A stretch of DNA of 64,000 nucleotides from Botryllus schlosseri (Eukaryota): positions 39,496,001 to 39,560,000 of the forward strand of contig CM119372.1 of NCBI GenBank assembly GCA_051294905.1, given 5' to 3'. Positions 26,716 through 39,262 of this stretch are shown here, piece after piece. Each line of letters starts with the position of its first letter. Position 1 is the first letter of the stretch. Made by a program: the position numbers and the translations under genes. The notes under the pieces were generated by a model that ran no database searches, was not told the origin of the DNA, and saw nothing but the letters and a program-made list of their open reading frames with translations.

Positions 26716-29007
26716 CTATATAGTTGATCGATGTCGAAGAAGAGGAGTGGCACTGAGCAGAAATTGACGGATGTGACATGTTGCGTGACACTTAGGTTTG
26801 GTGGACATGCACACAGGTTTGGTGTGACGTTTACGGCCACATTTCTGACATACTGCATGTCGATATTGACAGTCTTTTCTCTGGTGATCGATGAAACAGC
26901 AGCTGCAGGATTTCAGTCTTTCCGGGAAGTTGCCCTGGATGGGTTTGGAAGGTTTTTTCCCCTTCTGATAACTTCCCGTCATTTTATTGACGATGGAAGT
27001 ATCTTTACCGTTACTCTCGCCCTGGATAACCCTATCAGTTTCCAGCGTTCTCACGTATGTTGCGGCTACTTTGAGAACGTCGTCGAGGGATGGATTGGTT
27101 TGTGTTAGACAATGCCGTCTCACATCCGCGTGGGGCGTTTCTTTAATGATGAGATCGCGCATTAGCTCATCCACGTAGCTCTTATCACAGCCTTCTCTTG
27201 AGCATGTGAAGTTGCAATCCTTGGAGATTCCGCGTAGAGTAGCGATCCAATCGGCGTACGACTGTCCCGGCTGCATTTTGCAATTGTAAAATTCGTACCT
27301 GGCTGCTTGCACATGAATGGAGTCCCTGAATTGTGTAGACCAGTGGTTCTCAACCTTTTTCACCTCGCGGACCGGTAAAATTTCAAAATATATTTGGCGG
27401 ACCGATGGACCTTAAAAAATTGAAATCAACCCCAAATGTAATGTATGTAGACGATTATCTGCAACTATGGTACTAGAGCAGGGGTGGCCAGCATTCTGAC
27501 TATTCACGGCCGCATTTCTTTTTATCTATATGGCCTACGGCCGCATCCTAGGTCATAGTCGCTAGACACCAAATCCCCATGTTAAACTTTCCATGTCTAT
27601 TTATGATGAAGTCCGGACCAATGTTCCCTCTAAGCTCCGCGCGTGCGCGGCCACGCACTGCTGACAAGGTCGCCACCCATAGCGAAATCTGTGACGCGCA
27701 CGAAAAGCCGAAGTCGACCTTTTTTTTAGTAGTTACTCACTGTTGTCCAAGGGACCGCGCAGTGAGTTGGTAAGTATACGCGCAGACTCGTGAAAAATTA
27801 GAGACAACATTGCTCCGGACTAATCTACTTTAAAATTTCTCAAAAAGTCGGGAGTCAATTCGTAAATTCAATTTTCCTTGTCTAATGGAATTACGTGTCC
27901 ACGGCCGCACAAATTTCCTTCTACGGCCGCAGGTTGGGGCCACCTCTGTATAGTTGAGAGTGACATTTCGATGTTTTGTTTTCGTAATTAAATATGTTTA
28001 TGATAGTATTCATGGGATTTTACGGTTGTGCCTGGTAAATGCTGAGTCGAGGGAAAATTATCTTGTCCAGATAAACATTGGATAATTTCGCGCTGAAGTC
28101 CGTGGATTAACCGACCGCGCCAACTCTTCGGCAACATCCAGAGATGAAACGTTTTGGAGTAGGACCAAGCACCTTGTCGAGCTATCTTGCTCATTTCTCA
28201 CTACTACCAGACATAGCCTACTACGAGTGCAATGCACCGCACGAAAACACCTGACAGCAGCGATACCTGGCCATCCACAAAATTATTGAATCGAAAACGA
28301 ATAATCGTAAGAACAGCGTGGTTTAGCTGGTCAGTTGGTGCTTAGCGAGTCGCTCGCATGTCAACACCGAATACAGCTTGAACTTAAAGTCGAATCGAAC
28401 ATGTTTACGTGCCTAATCTTATCTCACGAAGCTCTGCATCAGTTTAAAATGTGACGTTTAATTTATTTTACCAATGGACAAGCCTTCAACATCTTGCATC
28501 TTGAAATTAAGGTATAAAATCTTAATATACCTCGCGGACCGGCAGAAAAGTCGTCGCGGACCGGCACCGGTCCGCGGACCGGCTGTTGAGAACCACTGGT
28601 GTAGACAACTTCTCAGTCAACGCGTCGAAGGATTGCGCACTGACATCAGCAGCACCTAACAAATTACGTAGGTGCGAGTAGGTTTCGGGTTCAACCCATG
28701 AGAGTAGACACGCTCGTTTCTTCTCCATGTTGAAAATGCCATAAATTGCTAGGTGATGATTGAATGGTTGCATATATTGGTCCCATTTCCCCTTTGATTT
28801 GATAAACGAATCAAACTTGGGAGCGGCTGCTTCAGATGTTGACGCACCGGGATTCAACCTCGTCAATTGCGCCATCTCTGTCATGACTTTTGCCTTTGCT
28901 TCCTCATGCTTTGCTTGTTGCTGCACCTTCATCTCTTGCTGCTTCGCTTGTTGTTGCGCCATAATCTCTTGCTGCTTCTCAAGAATTTTCAAAATACCCG
29001 ATTCCAT
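26716..29007 (-). pseudogene. gag: gag of Mag-like element, split by hAT insertion 27341-28598
   Basis: ORF 28522-29007 (...LTEKLST) joins ORF 26716-27363 (ST|QFRDSIHVQAARYEF...) across the TSD. Two Cys/His knuckles near the C-terminus. Confidence 0.85.
27341..28598. mobile_element. hAT element inserted in gag; contains nested 27479-27948, which contains 27619-27812
   Basis: TIR CAGTGGTTCTCAAC. Perfect TSD GTGTAGAC. Innermost element has TSD (G/C)TCCGGAC. Confidence 0.9.
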
Positions 29008-29433
29008 TATATGTATTCGTCGCAGAAATAACTATGAATCCGACTTCTGACACCAATTGTAATGTTCTTGATCTTGTTTGAACAATAACTCAATACGACG
29101 AGGTTTCAATATGAAATCAGTATATTATACAGCAGAATAACTTTAGGACAGGCGACACGATCCAGAGTTCAGTTAAAGGAAAGACCAGTAGACAACAGAA
29201 CACAGTATATAAATACAAAGCACGACACACGAGGAAATAATGATTGGCGGTAATTACTAATCCCAGACAAATAAGAGTTAAACGATACCAACGTAAATGC
29301 ACGATACCAACGTAAATACACGAACATAACAATGGTCAGTAGCGTACTGGTATATGTTTCATTGCTGCATAACCATTCGGTCGAGGGGTCGAGTCCAAAA
29401 GAAACGAAAGTCGGTTTTTATGTGCATGGTTAG

Positions 29434-29509
29434 ATCCCGCGATGGTTGTTCGATAAATTCTCGAATGTAAATGGATATCCGCAAATCCAAGTTATAAGAT
29501 TCGATCTTG
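29434..29509 (+). CDS. Possible NLR exon (IPRWLFDKFSNVNGYPQIQVIRFDL)
   Basis: ttag| acceptor, open frame in phase 0, G|gtttga donor. Unique sequence just after the LTR element. The donor choice is uncertain. Confidence 0.4.
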
Positions 29510-30661
29510 GTTTGAGATAACCATCAATATGCATCGCGTTATATCATAATCAGAGCGGTTATCAAATTCTTTCCGCGGCGTTTGCATGGTTGCAATGTAT
29601 TAGTGACATGGAATTTCAAGAAGGATTACTAGTAATGATTTGATTTTCAAATATAGTATACAAATTCTTCTATTTCAACAAACGTAATAGCTCTAATTTG
29701 TTATAACCATCATTACAGTACTGTATCGAACAAAATTTACCAGATTTTGGTTTGAGTCTTAAATGCCGACATGAGTAAATATCGAATGTAGCGCATAAAT
29801 TGCTCGGATTTAGCAAATCAAATTGCGCCACTCCCAAGAATTCAATCCCTGATATACATATGAGGCATATTTTTCGGCATCGATTGTTTTTCCCAGTTGT
29901 AGCAAGGTGTCATCCATTCACCTGTTTCATGATCTCATGTTCACAAACCAGCACTATAAAGAGATACACAGTACAAACGCATACACATACTCAGGACCTT
30001 AACAGCACTTCGTCAGGCCCCTACCAAAACGTTGGTCTTGGGTCCTCTATAGGGGGATATACCGAATCCCATACCCCCTCAGTATTTTCGCTATTCCACT
30101 ACTTGTCAGCTACATTGGGTGTACTGTTTAGGAAGTTAGGTGATAACGCCTAAACGCGCCTCACGCGAAAAAATTCTATGGTTCATGATTGAATCCGTCA
30201 ATATGATCGGGAATTGCACATATTTTGCTATAAATTTTTTATCCTCTCTCTGTTCACGTAATCAGATTTACCGGTAATGGAGCTGAATGAGGTGTCTTGG
30301 AAAATGTAGGACCCTTTAAATAATAACTAAACATGTTAGGGCGGACCCGTCGATAGAATGACATCGTAACATGATGCTATTTCGTGACCTCCTATCTGCT
30401 ATATCAAAAGATATTGAAATTGCCCAAACTTACTAGACTAAAAGACGCACACGATTTCAAATTGATATTTCTTTACTGGCTAATATTTCCACCTTCAAAT
30501 TGATATTTCTTTACTGGCTAATATTTTCCCTGCGCGATGGCATTTGTCTTGTGGGGTTCAGATCGCAAGGACGGGAACAATTGGCGTCAGCCATTTAGGC
30601 GCCTATGGACATTTAAACATTTATGTATAGTTGTATCTTGCATATATATCGAAGTTTTCGG

Positions 30662-31960
30662 CAGAGGTGGTCAGTAACGAAGTACCTCTACTTTTAGGAA
30701 GTACTCAAGTAGTTTTCCTCTACTTCTAGTACTTACTCAAGTAGATCTGATTTTCTCCACTTCTACTTCTACTTCGTAATATTTTGCGATCTACTTACTT
30801 ACTTTTCGCTATTTTAGGTTTGTCAAGTAGAAGTAGTTTCATGCCCCAATACGAAAGATAGCCTGAGGAATTTCGGGGCTGTTTACACGGAGTACCAACT
30901 TTTAATATTCATAAAAGTCAAGTAAAACCCCGAAATCTTGTTGCGCTTCGCGCATAGTAGTTATGGACAGACAGATATGTTTTGAAGAAAGTATCAGTGA
31001 ATATAATTTAGGTTCCGGATTGCTAATGGTTCCGTTCACACCGCATTGTCGCCTATATCAAATATTTCATAACTGTAAATATGGCCCACCATAACGTTTG
31101 ATACTACCGTTCCGCAATCTAGCAATTATCTATCCTATCGTTATCTAGCAGCCCATGACGTGCCCTGCTAATCTGAAAAATCCGGCTTTTTAGAACGTTG
31201 CACCTGTTTTAGCATATCACCTTTGAATCTTTATGGACAAAAGACATGAAATATATTTTCTGCTTTTCATAAGTGGTATTTGTATTTTACTTTCAATTCC
31301 GAGTATGATACTCGGAGTATCATACTTTGAGTTCTAATTACTTTCAGTGCTTTTGTCTGCAGAACATACATGTTGAAACATAAAAGCAAGTGTAGCAATG
31401 CCTCTATTTTCCGAAAATAAAGCTACACTAAATATAAATTTTACGATCCCCAATATATGTTATTGACGTATGCTAATCGCGAAAAGTGTTGAAACCGTAT
31501 CTGATACAACTTCTTCGTAATGCACTTCGCCTAAATTTGGAGCCTCAAAATATGAGGTAGGGTGCCATGCCATGATATTCTCTAAAACGGGGTCTTCTAG
31601 TAAACAAAGGGTTAGTATCGCATTTTCATATCAATACTATAATTTGCATCCCATGATTCGAAAGATTGCTTATTCTGTCGAAAATTTATACCTCCTCGGA
31701 TGCATCAATACGAATCAAGCTCTCTGCATCGTTGGCATAGCTCAATTTGCAGCTTTTGGCAGTCCATGCGAACGAATTAAGACTGTTTTCGACACTACTT
31801 ACTTACTTGAGTATATTTAAAGTCAGTCAATTCTACTTCTACTTCAAGTAGTTTTAGGGGGCTTATGAAAGAAGTACTTCTACTCGTACATGAGTAGATT
31901 TTTTCGTCGCTACTTCTACTTCTACTTGAGTAGCTTTCTTGGCTACTTTGACCACTTCTG
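30662..31960. mobile_element. hAT-type element, CTACTT-array family
   Basis: TIR CAGA(G/A)GTGGTCA. Perfect TSD GTTTTCGG. Confidence 0.9.
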
Positions 31961-32458
31961 GTTTTCGGTCAGTACAACGGCAGTCCTTTTCAACCAAGGT
32001 CTTCTCGTTGCTGATCGCTCGGTCACACTTCTCGGAGTCGCATGTTACATGGCCTACAACTTCATATATCTTGGTGCGTCGTGGCGCAGTAATGGCCGAC
32101 ACCCAAATGCCCAATACTATAATTCATGCGTATATTTTGTTGGGGGAAGGGTACTCAATAGATATTTGTGAGCATTACTTCATGGTAATTCTTGATTTTG
32201 GGTCCACTTCGGGCTCGACCCTACCCCCCCCCCCCGTCCCACCAATCTCAATAAGTAGTTATGGGAAGATATTAGGTCATACCTTTATTAGTCACAGGAA
32301 AATTCGACTCCATACGACTTCTTAATCAGCATCATACGAGGGAAGAAGTGACTTTGAAAAGAGGCTTATGATATATTTTCATTCAATGACACTTATGTAT
32401 CATATTTCCGGCTATTATGCATGCGTTTCTTTGGTGTAATATACCGTCTTTGCTCCAG

Positions 32459-32556
32459 CAAAGGGTGCAGATTATGACTCACGTCTAATGAAATTCAAGA
32501 CGAGTTCCATAATATTGTGTTTTCGAATCGAAATAGAAATACCATTATCAATTATC
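32459..32556 (+). CDS. Possible NLR exon (phase 1 to 0; KGADYDSRLMKFKTSSIILCFRIEIEIPLSII)
   Basis: ctttgctccag| acceptor. Restores phase between the 29434 and 32699 exons. Weak gtatta donor. Confidence 0.25.
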
Positions 32557-32698
32557 GTATTACTGCGCCTATAGGAATTATGTGTTCAAATTATTGGTAG
32601 TTGATGCTCATTTGCAGAGTGAAAGTTCTAATTGAGGCTACAATAACAACTTTGTTGATGGGTGATTGTGACCTAATTGACGATACTTGCTTTCGCAG

Positions 32699-32848
32699 GA
32701 ATCCATGTTAGTATTCAAATGCTGTTATCACATCCGTGCAGCGGCATATTTGGAGATTCTTTTCGGAGCTAAAGGGATTCAATTTCCTGAACATCTATAC
32801 GTCAAGTACAAGAATTTGTGGGAGTTATCGAAGTCGAAACTGGAAATA
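32699..32848 (+). CDS. NLR gene exon (ESMLVFKCCYHIRAAAYLEILFGAKGIQFPEHLYVKYKNLWELSKSKLEI)
   Basis: tttcgcag| acceptor, |gtgagt donor, 150 nt open in phase 0/0. Confidence 0.7.
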
Positions 32849-33190
32849 GTGAGTGACTGATATATTTCACTTTTATCATTTATAGATTAAGGTTCAACAG
32901 AAGTTAACCATTGAGCAGATTCAGGTTCAGAATTCCGGGTAAAAAATATGGAATGGTATTGAGTGTATCAAACATAGCATTTCACAGTCAATATTCTGAT
33001 GGGTATGCTTAAATGTAACCGTATACTTTGCACTACACAACGACACTGGTCTCGATTATCAGGATAACCATTATGAAGTAACAAAGTCACAGCCGAAGTA
33101 AACAATCCATTGGCGTCGTTGATCGATATGAAAAAGAACATTACACATATCGGCTTCTTGTGATACGTAAGTTAAATAAACAATGATTAT

Positions 33191-35288
33191 CACTGTGCTG
33201 CGTTTGGAAATTATTTTTTAAAGGTCGAAGATGTTTTAACTGTTTCAGAATCAATTTTTTTGCGCCGAACTCAAAAATTTCAACCAGTTTTTTTCAATCA
33301 GGTCAAGTGTTTTCTTCGTCTCATATTCAATTATGCCAGCTCGTGTCAGGTCAAGTTTTTTCTTCGCCTCATATTCAGTTATGCCAGCTCGTGTCATTAT
33401 TGTATACAAAGGAAATAATTTATGTGGTAGCTTTGTTGGCCGTGCATGTTGTCAATTTTTGCAAGTTATTTGATTCAAGGTTTTTACAATGACAGCCGTT
33501 ATAAATACTACAAAAAGAAATTAAAACAGTTGAAATAAATGCGCGTACAATTAACCAAGAAATCATAAGTTTGTTCAGTGGTGCTCAACCTAACAGAATA
33601 AGGTAGAAGGTAATATGTTACGTTATAGACACGTAAACACTTAACATCACAAGGGATTAAAAGCTTTCAAGCATCTCTTTGACCTGTGCTTCGTGATCAG
33701 GGCTTTTATGCTTTCCAGGGAAGTTTAAAATTACTACTCGGAAAGCTGTCTAAGGTCTGTCGTCTACTGCACCCCGTGTGTACAGTGAGACCTTCGTGTT
33801 TGATCAGTTCACAGATCTGTGGCCTATCAAAGACTCCTCTGGTCGCTTCAAAGATAAGGGGAAATTTGTTTCGTAAAAACTTGAAGGCGGGGCCATCTTT
33901 ATCAAGTGCCCATCAGGTACAGTTTTTTAAGAGATCTAGTGTAATGTGCGGGGGTAGCAAGAGAATATTTCCTGGATTAACTAAATAAGCCGATCATCAC
34001 CCCTCGACTTCCACAGACGCAAAAATGGATGTTTAGTGTAACCGGCCTGTAGTACAAGAAGTATCGAAATCATCAAGTCACCAAATATTTTCCATTTGTG
34101 TTGGCTGTACTAAAGAGATTTGAAAAGGAATTTCAAGTCTTCGTAGCATTCAGTGAACTTCACTGAATTTTTAATAGGCTAAAATCAACAGAACCAATGC
34201 CATTATGTAGCAATACTGCCTTCCAGCACTTGAGAGATGAGTCATCGATCTGCCGAACTTTAGACTATGCGCAAAGGTGATAACAATCCTGAAATATCTT
34301 GACTGTATACTATAAGGCAGTGGTTGGGAACCTATGGCTCGTGAGCCATATATAGCTCTTTTGGGCATAAGATATGGCTCTTTGATATATTTTTTAGTTT
34401 GTACTTAATTTTACCGATTGCAGCAGCTTGTTAGTAAATTTTCATAACGGCCAGAATGATTGTTCTCGTGGCAGAATAAACATGTATTTGAAAGAGCAAG
34501 ACAGTGGCATATTCAGGGTTAACGGCTCGCACCCCTTTAAAAAATCCTCAAATTCAAGTAGCTGAATCGCCAGCGACCCATATCCCGTGCGAATTATGCG
34601 TACGCGATATCGCACTCTGCGTATTCTTGGATTGCTTTATACGTTGGTTGATCAAAGAGAATATGTTACCGCCGAATACTCTGAGAATTGAGAAGTCTTC
34701 AATATTTAGATTTTCGGAATCAGTGCCGTAGTTATATTGGATTAATATCAGCTGTTATAAATTATGAGCTATTTACGACGAATTGCGCTATCACGGGACG
34801 ATTGGTAGCCTACAAGTTTTCACCGAGAAAATATGCCGTCCCTGATGAATCCCATCTGGTGAGTTTGAAGTAGTACTACCATTACGTAACGAATATTCCA
34901 TAGTGACGTAACAATTGATTGATATGTATGGCTCTTTGGAAGTTAAAATGGAAAATACAGGGCCAGCATGGCTCTTCAGACAAAAGCAGTCGAGTCGACC
35001 ATTGCTATATAGGGAATGGTCTTCGTCATAATTGAACTATTTTCTAATCTTTTCATCAAAACTTTATAGCTAAATCATTTTGATGACGTCATAAATCCCA
35101 ATCGTAAATGCTGAAAGCTGAAGTTTTCCAAAATTCAAATGCAATTTGTCAAAAAACAAGACCTGATTGAAGAAAACGGATAACAGTTTTGGGTTCAGCC
35201 TCAAAAGTAGACTGAGAATCGTCAATACTTTAGTAACCTCAAAATTAACGCTGCACAACGTTACCTATTGGTTAAGTGTACTGCAGTG
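33191..35288 (-). mobile_element. Chapaev3-like (CMC) DNA transposon relic with decayed transposase; nested hAT MITE 34318-35004
   Basis: CACTG...CAGTG termini. Minus-strand remnants resembling LLPPxHIxLxL...ALDKDGPAFKFLRNKFP...PQI.EL. Homologous to about 45245-56238. Family assignment is from my recollection of these motifs. Confidence 0.65.
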
Positions 35289-35505
35289 GAACCGCCATTG
35301 CGATATCGACAGAGACCAAATCCAACGTTACGCTTATAGACTCCCCGGTATATTTGGCTGTCGGCTCACTTTTCGATACATATAGCATCAGTGAGTGATC
35401 TCCGCGCGGTATATATCATAAATTTGTATACTTTCCCATTCGTACGTCGTTGGCAGAATGTTCAAATGTTTGGGTAAGCAATAACCTTGACGTACCACAC
35501 ACTAG

Positions 35506-36349
35506 CAGGGGCGGCCAACCCGTGGCCCTCGGGCCAAATGTGACCCGCGCGAAAATTTGGAATGGCCCGCGAGATAATTCTCGAAATTAGTAATCATCTC
35601 AAATAATGGATTACTCAGGTAGGCCAACCAAAAATTTGATTAGCCTGACCGCAAAATTTGGGATGTTGATGACTAAAATATCAGTTCCGACGCATCAGCA
35701 TTGCCAGGGGCCAGTCACATTTTTCGTACATCTTCGTATATGTATATATAGTAGAATACTTCGTCGTAGATTTATTTGACTTGATGTTTTTCTTAGCAAT
35801 TCGCGCGATTTATTGTCACTCAGCTTCTTTCTTTGAGGAACCTCTCCTAAAATTGAAAAAAAAATTACTGGATTGAGTCCGACTATATTCGCAATTATGA
35901 TAGAACGTGTTGGCAAACATTCGACTCGAGTCTGCTCTAGCAGAAAGATGGTCGGCGATAAAACCTTTGCATAATATGATAGACGCATCTTCGCTGAAAT
36001 CTTCAATATTTATATGTCCAAGCGCCGAATAAGCCTGTCCTTGCCAAGTGAGCCCACGATATACAGAGGAGACCCGCAATATATGCAAGTGACTTTAGCA
36101 CGGGCCTAACTTATTCATTGATTTTGAAACAATTTCGCGGATAGGTATTGAGTACATTGTGCACAGTCACTTTTCAGGACATAATCTTTGTCGATTTTCC
36201 TGCGTAGTAATATAAGCCTTGTGTTCATCGTTACCTAATCCGGTTCGCTCCTATCGCACGACTAAAATAGAACATTAGCATTCAAGTGGCCCGCGCAATG
36301 GTTCGCAAATCTGATGTGGCCATTTGTCCGAAAAGGTTGGCCGGCCCTG
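35506..36349. mobile_element. hAT non-autonomous element (CAGGG.CGGCCAACC)
   Basis: TIRs present. Degenerate TSD CACACTAG/CATACAAG. Internal similarity to 48332-49171. Confidence 0.75.
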
Positions 36350-36866
36350 CATACAAGACATTTTACTCGGTATCAAATGCACGAATAACGCAAAAATACC
36401 TAAATACTCACCCCCAAGAACGTTCTTAAGTGAAAATATGGGCCGGAAGAAACTTTACTATACCACATAGCATATTAAAGGTCGATTGCAACATGAATAG
36501 GTAGCCTTTGTGTTGTAGATGTTATGTACTGACCGTTACAACGGACGCTGAGCATAGTGCGTGCGACTGATTGATTGCTCGTAGATTAGTTTCAATAGTG
36601 ATGCTTGATGGTCGTTAATAATGGCCGGCAGGGCTCGTGTGACCCGGGGAGAGAGAGGTCGTATTTGTTGTCGCGTAGCAGTTGTGGTGTTTTCTGTTGT
36701 AATCTTTTTAATATATTTCGCATAAGGCAGGAATGCGAATTAAAATTATGCTGTTTTCGGATATGGAAAGAAAAACTAGTTAATGTAAATATGTAAAGAA
36801 CGATTTGATTTGATGATCAACCACACGACTACGTCATCTATCTCATGGAATCGATATTGAGTTCAG

Positions 36867-36947
36867 ATAAGCAAGATATTGGTCGATTGCACGGAAGAAG
36901 AAATTATCGTTTTGTCGTTGATTGGAACTTTTTCGAAAAATGATCAG
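36867..36947 (+). CDS. NLR gene exon (ISKILVDCTEEEIIVLSLIGTFSKNDQ)
   Basis: ttcag| acceptor, CAG|gtttgg donor, 81 nt, phase 0/0. Confidence 0.55.
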
Positions 36948-37124
36948 GTTTGGTTAGAATCTTCATTCGATTGCTAAATGCTCTGAAACGCTTTTATATT
37001 TTTTTATTATTTCATTGAGCATCAGATCCGATAATCGCTTCGGCGACTATGGTCATGTTAATGTATAATTGTTTCGGTGATGTTTCGTACGTCATATTGA
37101 TAAATATCTCTTCGTCAATTTAAG

Positions 37125-37292
37125 ATTGCGCCGCTGGACATTGCTGTGAATGGCCAAACATCAGCCGACGATTACAATAGAATTTTGGAGCGTGGAAAGG
37201 AAATTTCCGTTTTTATCAAAATCCATGCGATGTTTTATGTTGGGAAAGGGGATAACTCCGGAAGCATAGTCAAAGCTTGTCAGCGAAACAAG
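37125..37292 (+). CDS. NLR gene exon (IAPLDIAVNGQTSADDYNRILERGKEISVFIKIHAMFYVGKGDNSGSIVKACQRNK)
   Basis: tttaag| acceptor, AAG|gtagta donor, 168 nt, phase 0/0. Overlaps ORF 37146-37397. Confidence 0.6.
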
Positions 37293-37574
37293 GTAGTACT
37301 ATCATCTGGTATCAGACGTTTTGAAAGTACATACTCTACCTGCATTGCATCTTTATCATTGAAATTTGTCGTACATCGCGATTTTTCTTCTAATTAATCA
37401 ACTGTTTGTCCCTACTTTAACTATCTACGCTAGTTATGGAATTCGTGTATGGTTTCTAGTAGATACGCACGTCTAAGATTGTTCGTAACAAATTGTTGCC
37501 CATGTGAAAATGCCAATAACGCGTCAAGCCTCGCTATGATACACAATATTAATACTAATCATCGCCCATCTTAG

Positions 37575-37817
37575 ATCGAATATATCAGATGCATTTTCGA
37601 CAAAGGATGTCGTGCGTCACTCGACGAGATTTCGTCTCTCGTCAAAAACTCTCATTCAAAGAAAGTAACCTTGTTGTACAAGGGTAAAGATGATATGTTG
37701 AATGGAGACGAATTGACAAAAGTCAAGATGATTGCAAATGATCTCGATACTGAGTTGGAGGTTACGAAATTACAAGGTGACGAGTATGCGTTTTGGTTAC
37801 AGCGGAAATTTAAATAA
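37575..37817 (+). CDS. NLR gene terminal exon (IEYIRCIFDKGCRASLDEISSLVKNSHSKKVTLLYKG...AFWLQRKFK*)
   Basis: cttag| acceptor, 80 open codons in phase 0 ending in TAA at 37815-37817. Confidence 0.7.
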   Translation: MEYIRCIFDKGCRASLDEISSLVKNSHSKKVTLLYKGKDDMLNGDELTKVKMIANDLDTELEVTKLQGDEYAFWLQRKFK

Positions 37818-37958
37818 GTTATAATATTATAGTACAGAACGGTTGTTATTAATTTCATAATTACTCGACGAACAACGAAAACGAAGCGAGATCAAGTTTG
37901 TCATTATAATTGAGTTGGAAATACGCAATCTCATATTATATCCAATGTTCTTCTATAT

Positions 37959-38483
37959 CATGGGTTGGCAGCTTCACCGATCGGCGGGCCGGATTTGAAA
38001 AAATGAAGCACTTGGCGGGCCGGATTACAGAATATATACAATAAACGCGTATTTGTCCACCTATACAAGGAATAAATCATATTTAATGTAAACTTCAAGT
38101 GTATAGTATATCGACCAAAAACAGTATAAATTTATTAACAGTAGCTGTTGAAGTCAATCAAACATCTGTGGTCGGTCGCAGTTATCAACAAGTTCTTTGA
38201 ACTATGGCTGCATGTCGTATGTAAAAACCCTTAGTGAACACCAGTTATATTGAAACGGAGCGTTGTCTCGTTAATGCTCATGGTCGAAAATATATGTACG
38301 AGTAGCGTACTCCCGAACAGAGCAAGTAGTTTCATGTCCATCTTTCTCGGGTTGGCAAACTTGGATTCATTCTGTGACGCATACAATTTGTCAGTACTTT
38401 CAGAATAGAATTTTATTTTCTGGATGAAAACTCTCTGAGGGCCGGTCAAAATCTCTTCGCGGGCCGTATGTTGCCCACCCCTA
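37959..38483. mobile_element. hAT MITE about 140 bp downstream of the NLR stop codon
   Basis: Perfect TSD TTCTATAT. Homologous to 17749-18258. Confidence 0.85.
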
Positions 38484-39262
38484 TTCTATATGCATCGATC
38501 TTCAAAAGATCATCGAGCATGCTATAGTAATTTAGGATTTCGTCCGTCGTGTGAGGTTCAAATGGAATTTGTATCCAGTTTATACGAAACACATCATTTG
38601 CATCGAGAGCGAATCTCGAACTTATATCGAATTACAGAAACTTCACTGAATCAGAATTAGCTTCGTCACTGTTCAGATATTCCTAGTCCAATGTCATATC
38701 GAAGGAATTATTTCAAAGTGCGTGTATTTTCTTTGAATGTTCGTTCAATTAATATGTTCTTGCACTTGCAACTTGCACGAACCACGTCACTAACGCAATT
38801 AGAAATCAAAATATAGAGAGAATTAGGAAAAGTAATGAGATTTTCGGACTCAGCGCACCTGATATGCCACTAATTCGATATAGCATATCGTGATTTTTGA
38901 AAAACCAAATTTTGTTGGCCTGGGTCCTGATTCGAACGTTTTAAGAGCCGTCACATAATCTAATTCTCACTCAACTATTCGACGGATATCGATTTCCATC
39001 CTCACACTTTACATCCGCAATTTACAATGTCAGAACGAACACCCGCTGCTGATTTCAACACCAATGAGATACATGTAACGCAGACACGAGTGCCTATTAT
39101 TGGAATAGGCTAATAAGACCAACCTACCAATTTGAATTTCCGTACCAATAATCAATAACGCAAACCGAACTGAATAATTTTAGTTTCTTTTAACTTGCTT
39201 GGAACCAAATGACCGTTTCCAAATTGCGCAATATGTTTGCGTCAGCTTAGCATAATCCATAG

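Larger units (their letters stand above)
19446..29331 (-). mobile_element. Full-length decayed Ty3/Gypsy LTR retrotransposon (Mag-like) in an NLR intron, antisense
   Basis: LTRs 19446-19700 and 29058-29331 (TG...CA). 5-bp TSD ATGGT at 19441-19445 and 29332-29336. PBS TGGTGTCAGAAGT (tRNA-Leu-type). PPT AGGGGAGGAC. Domain order gag-PR-RT-RH-IN. Confidence 0.95.

Noticed and set aside
29719..29750. Small NLR exon after cattacag
   Set aside because: I could not place it in a phase-consistent chain without a stop.
33063..33166. Extra NLR exon ending at a gtaagt donor
   Set aside because: All three frames from the 33063 acceptor contain stops, and the alternative acceptor is phase-incompatible with the neighbouring exons.
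33298..33396. 48-bp tandem duplication (and a 39-bp one near 30456-30530) as functional repeats
   Set aside because: These are simple two-copy duplications inside decayed transposons.
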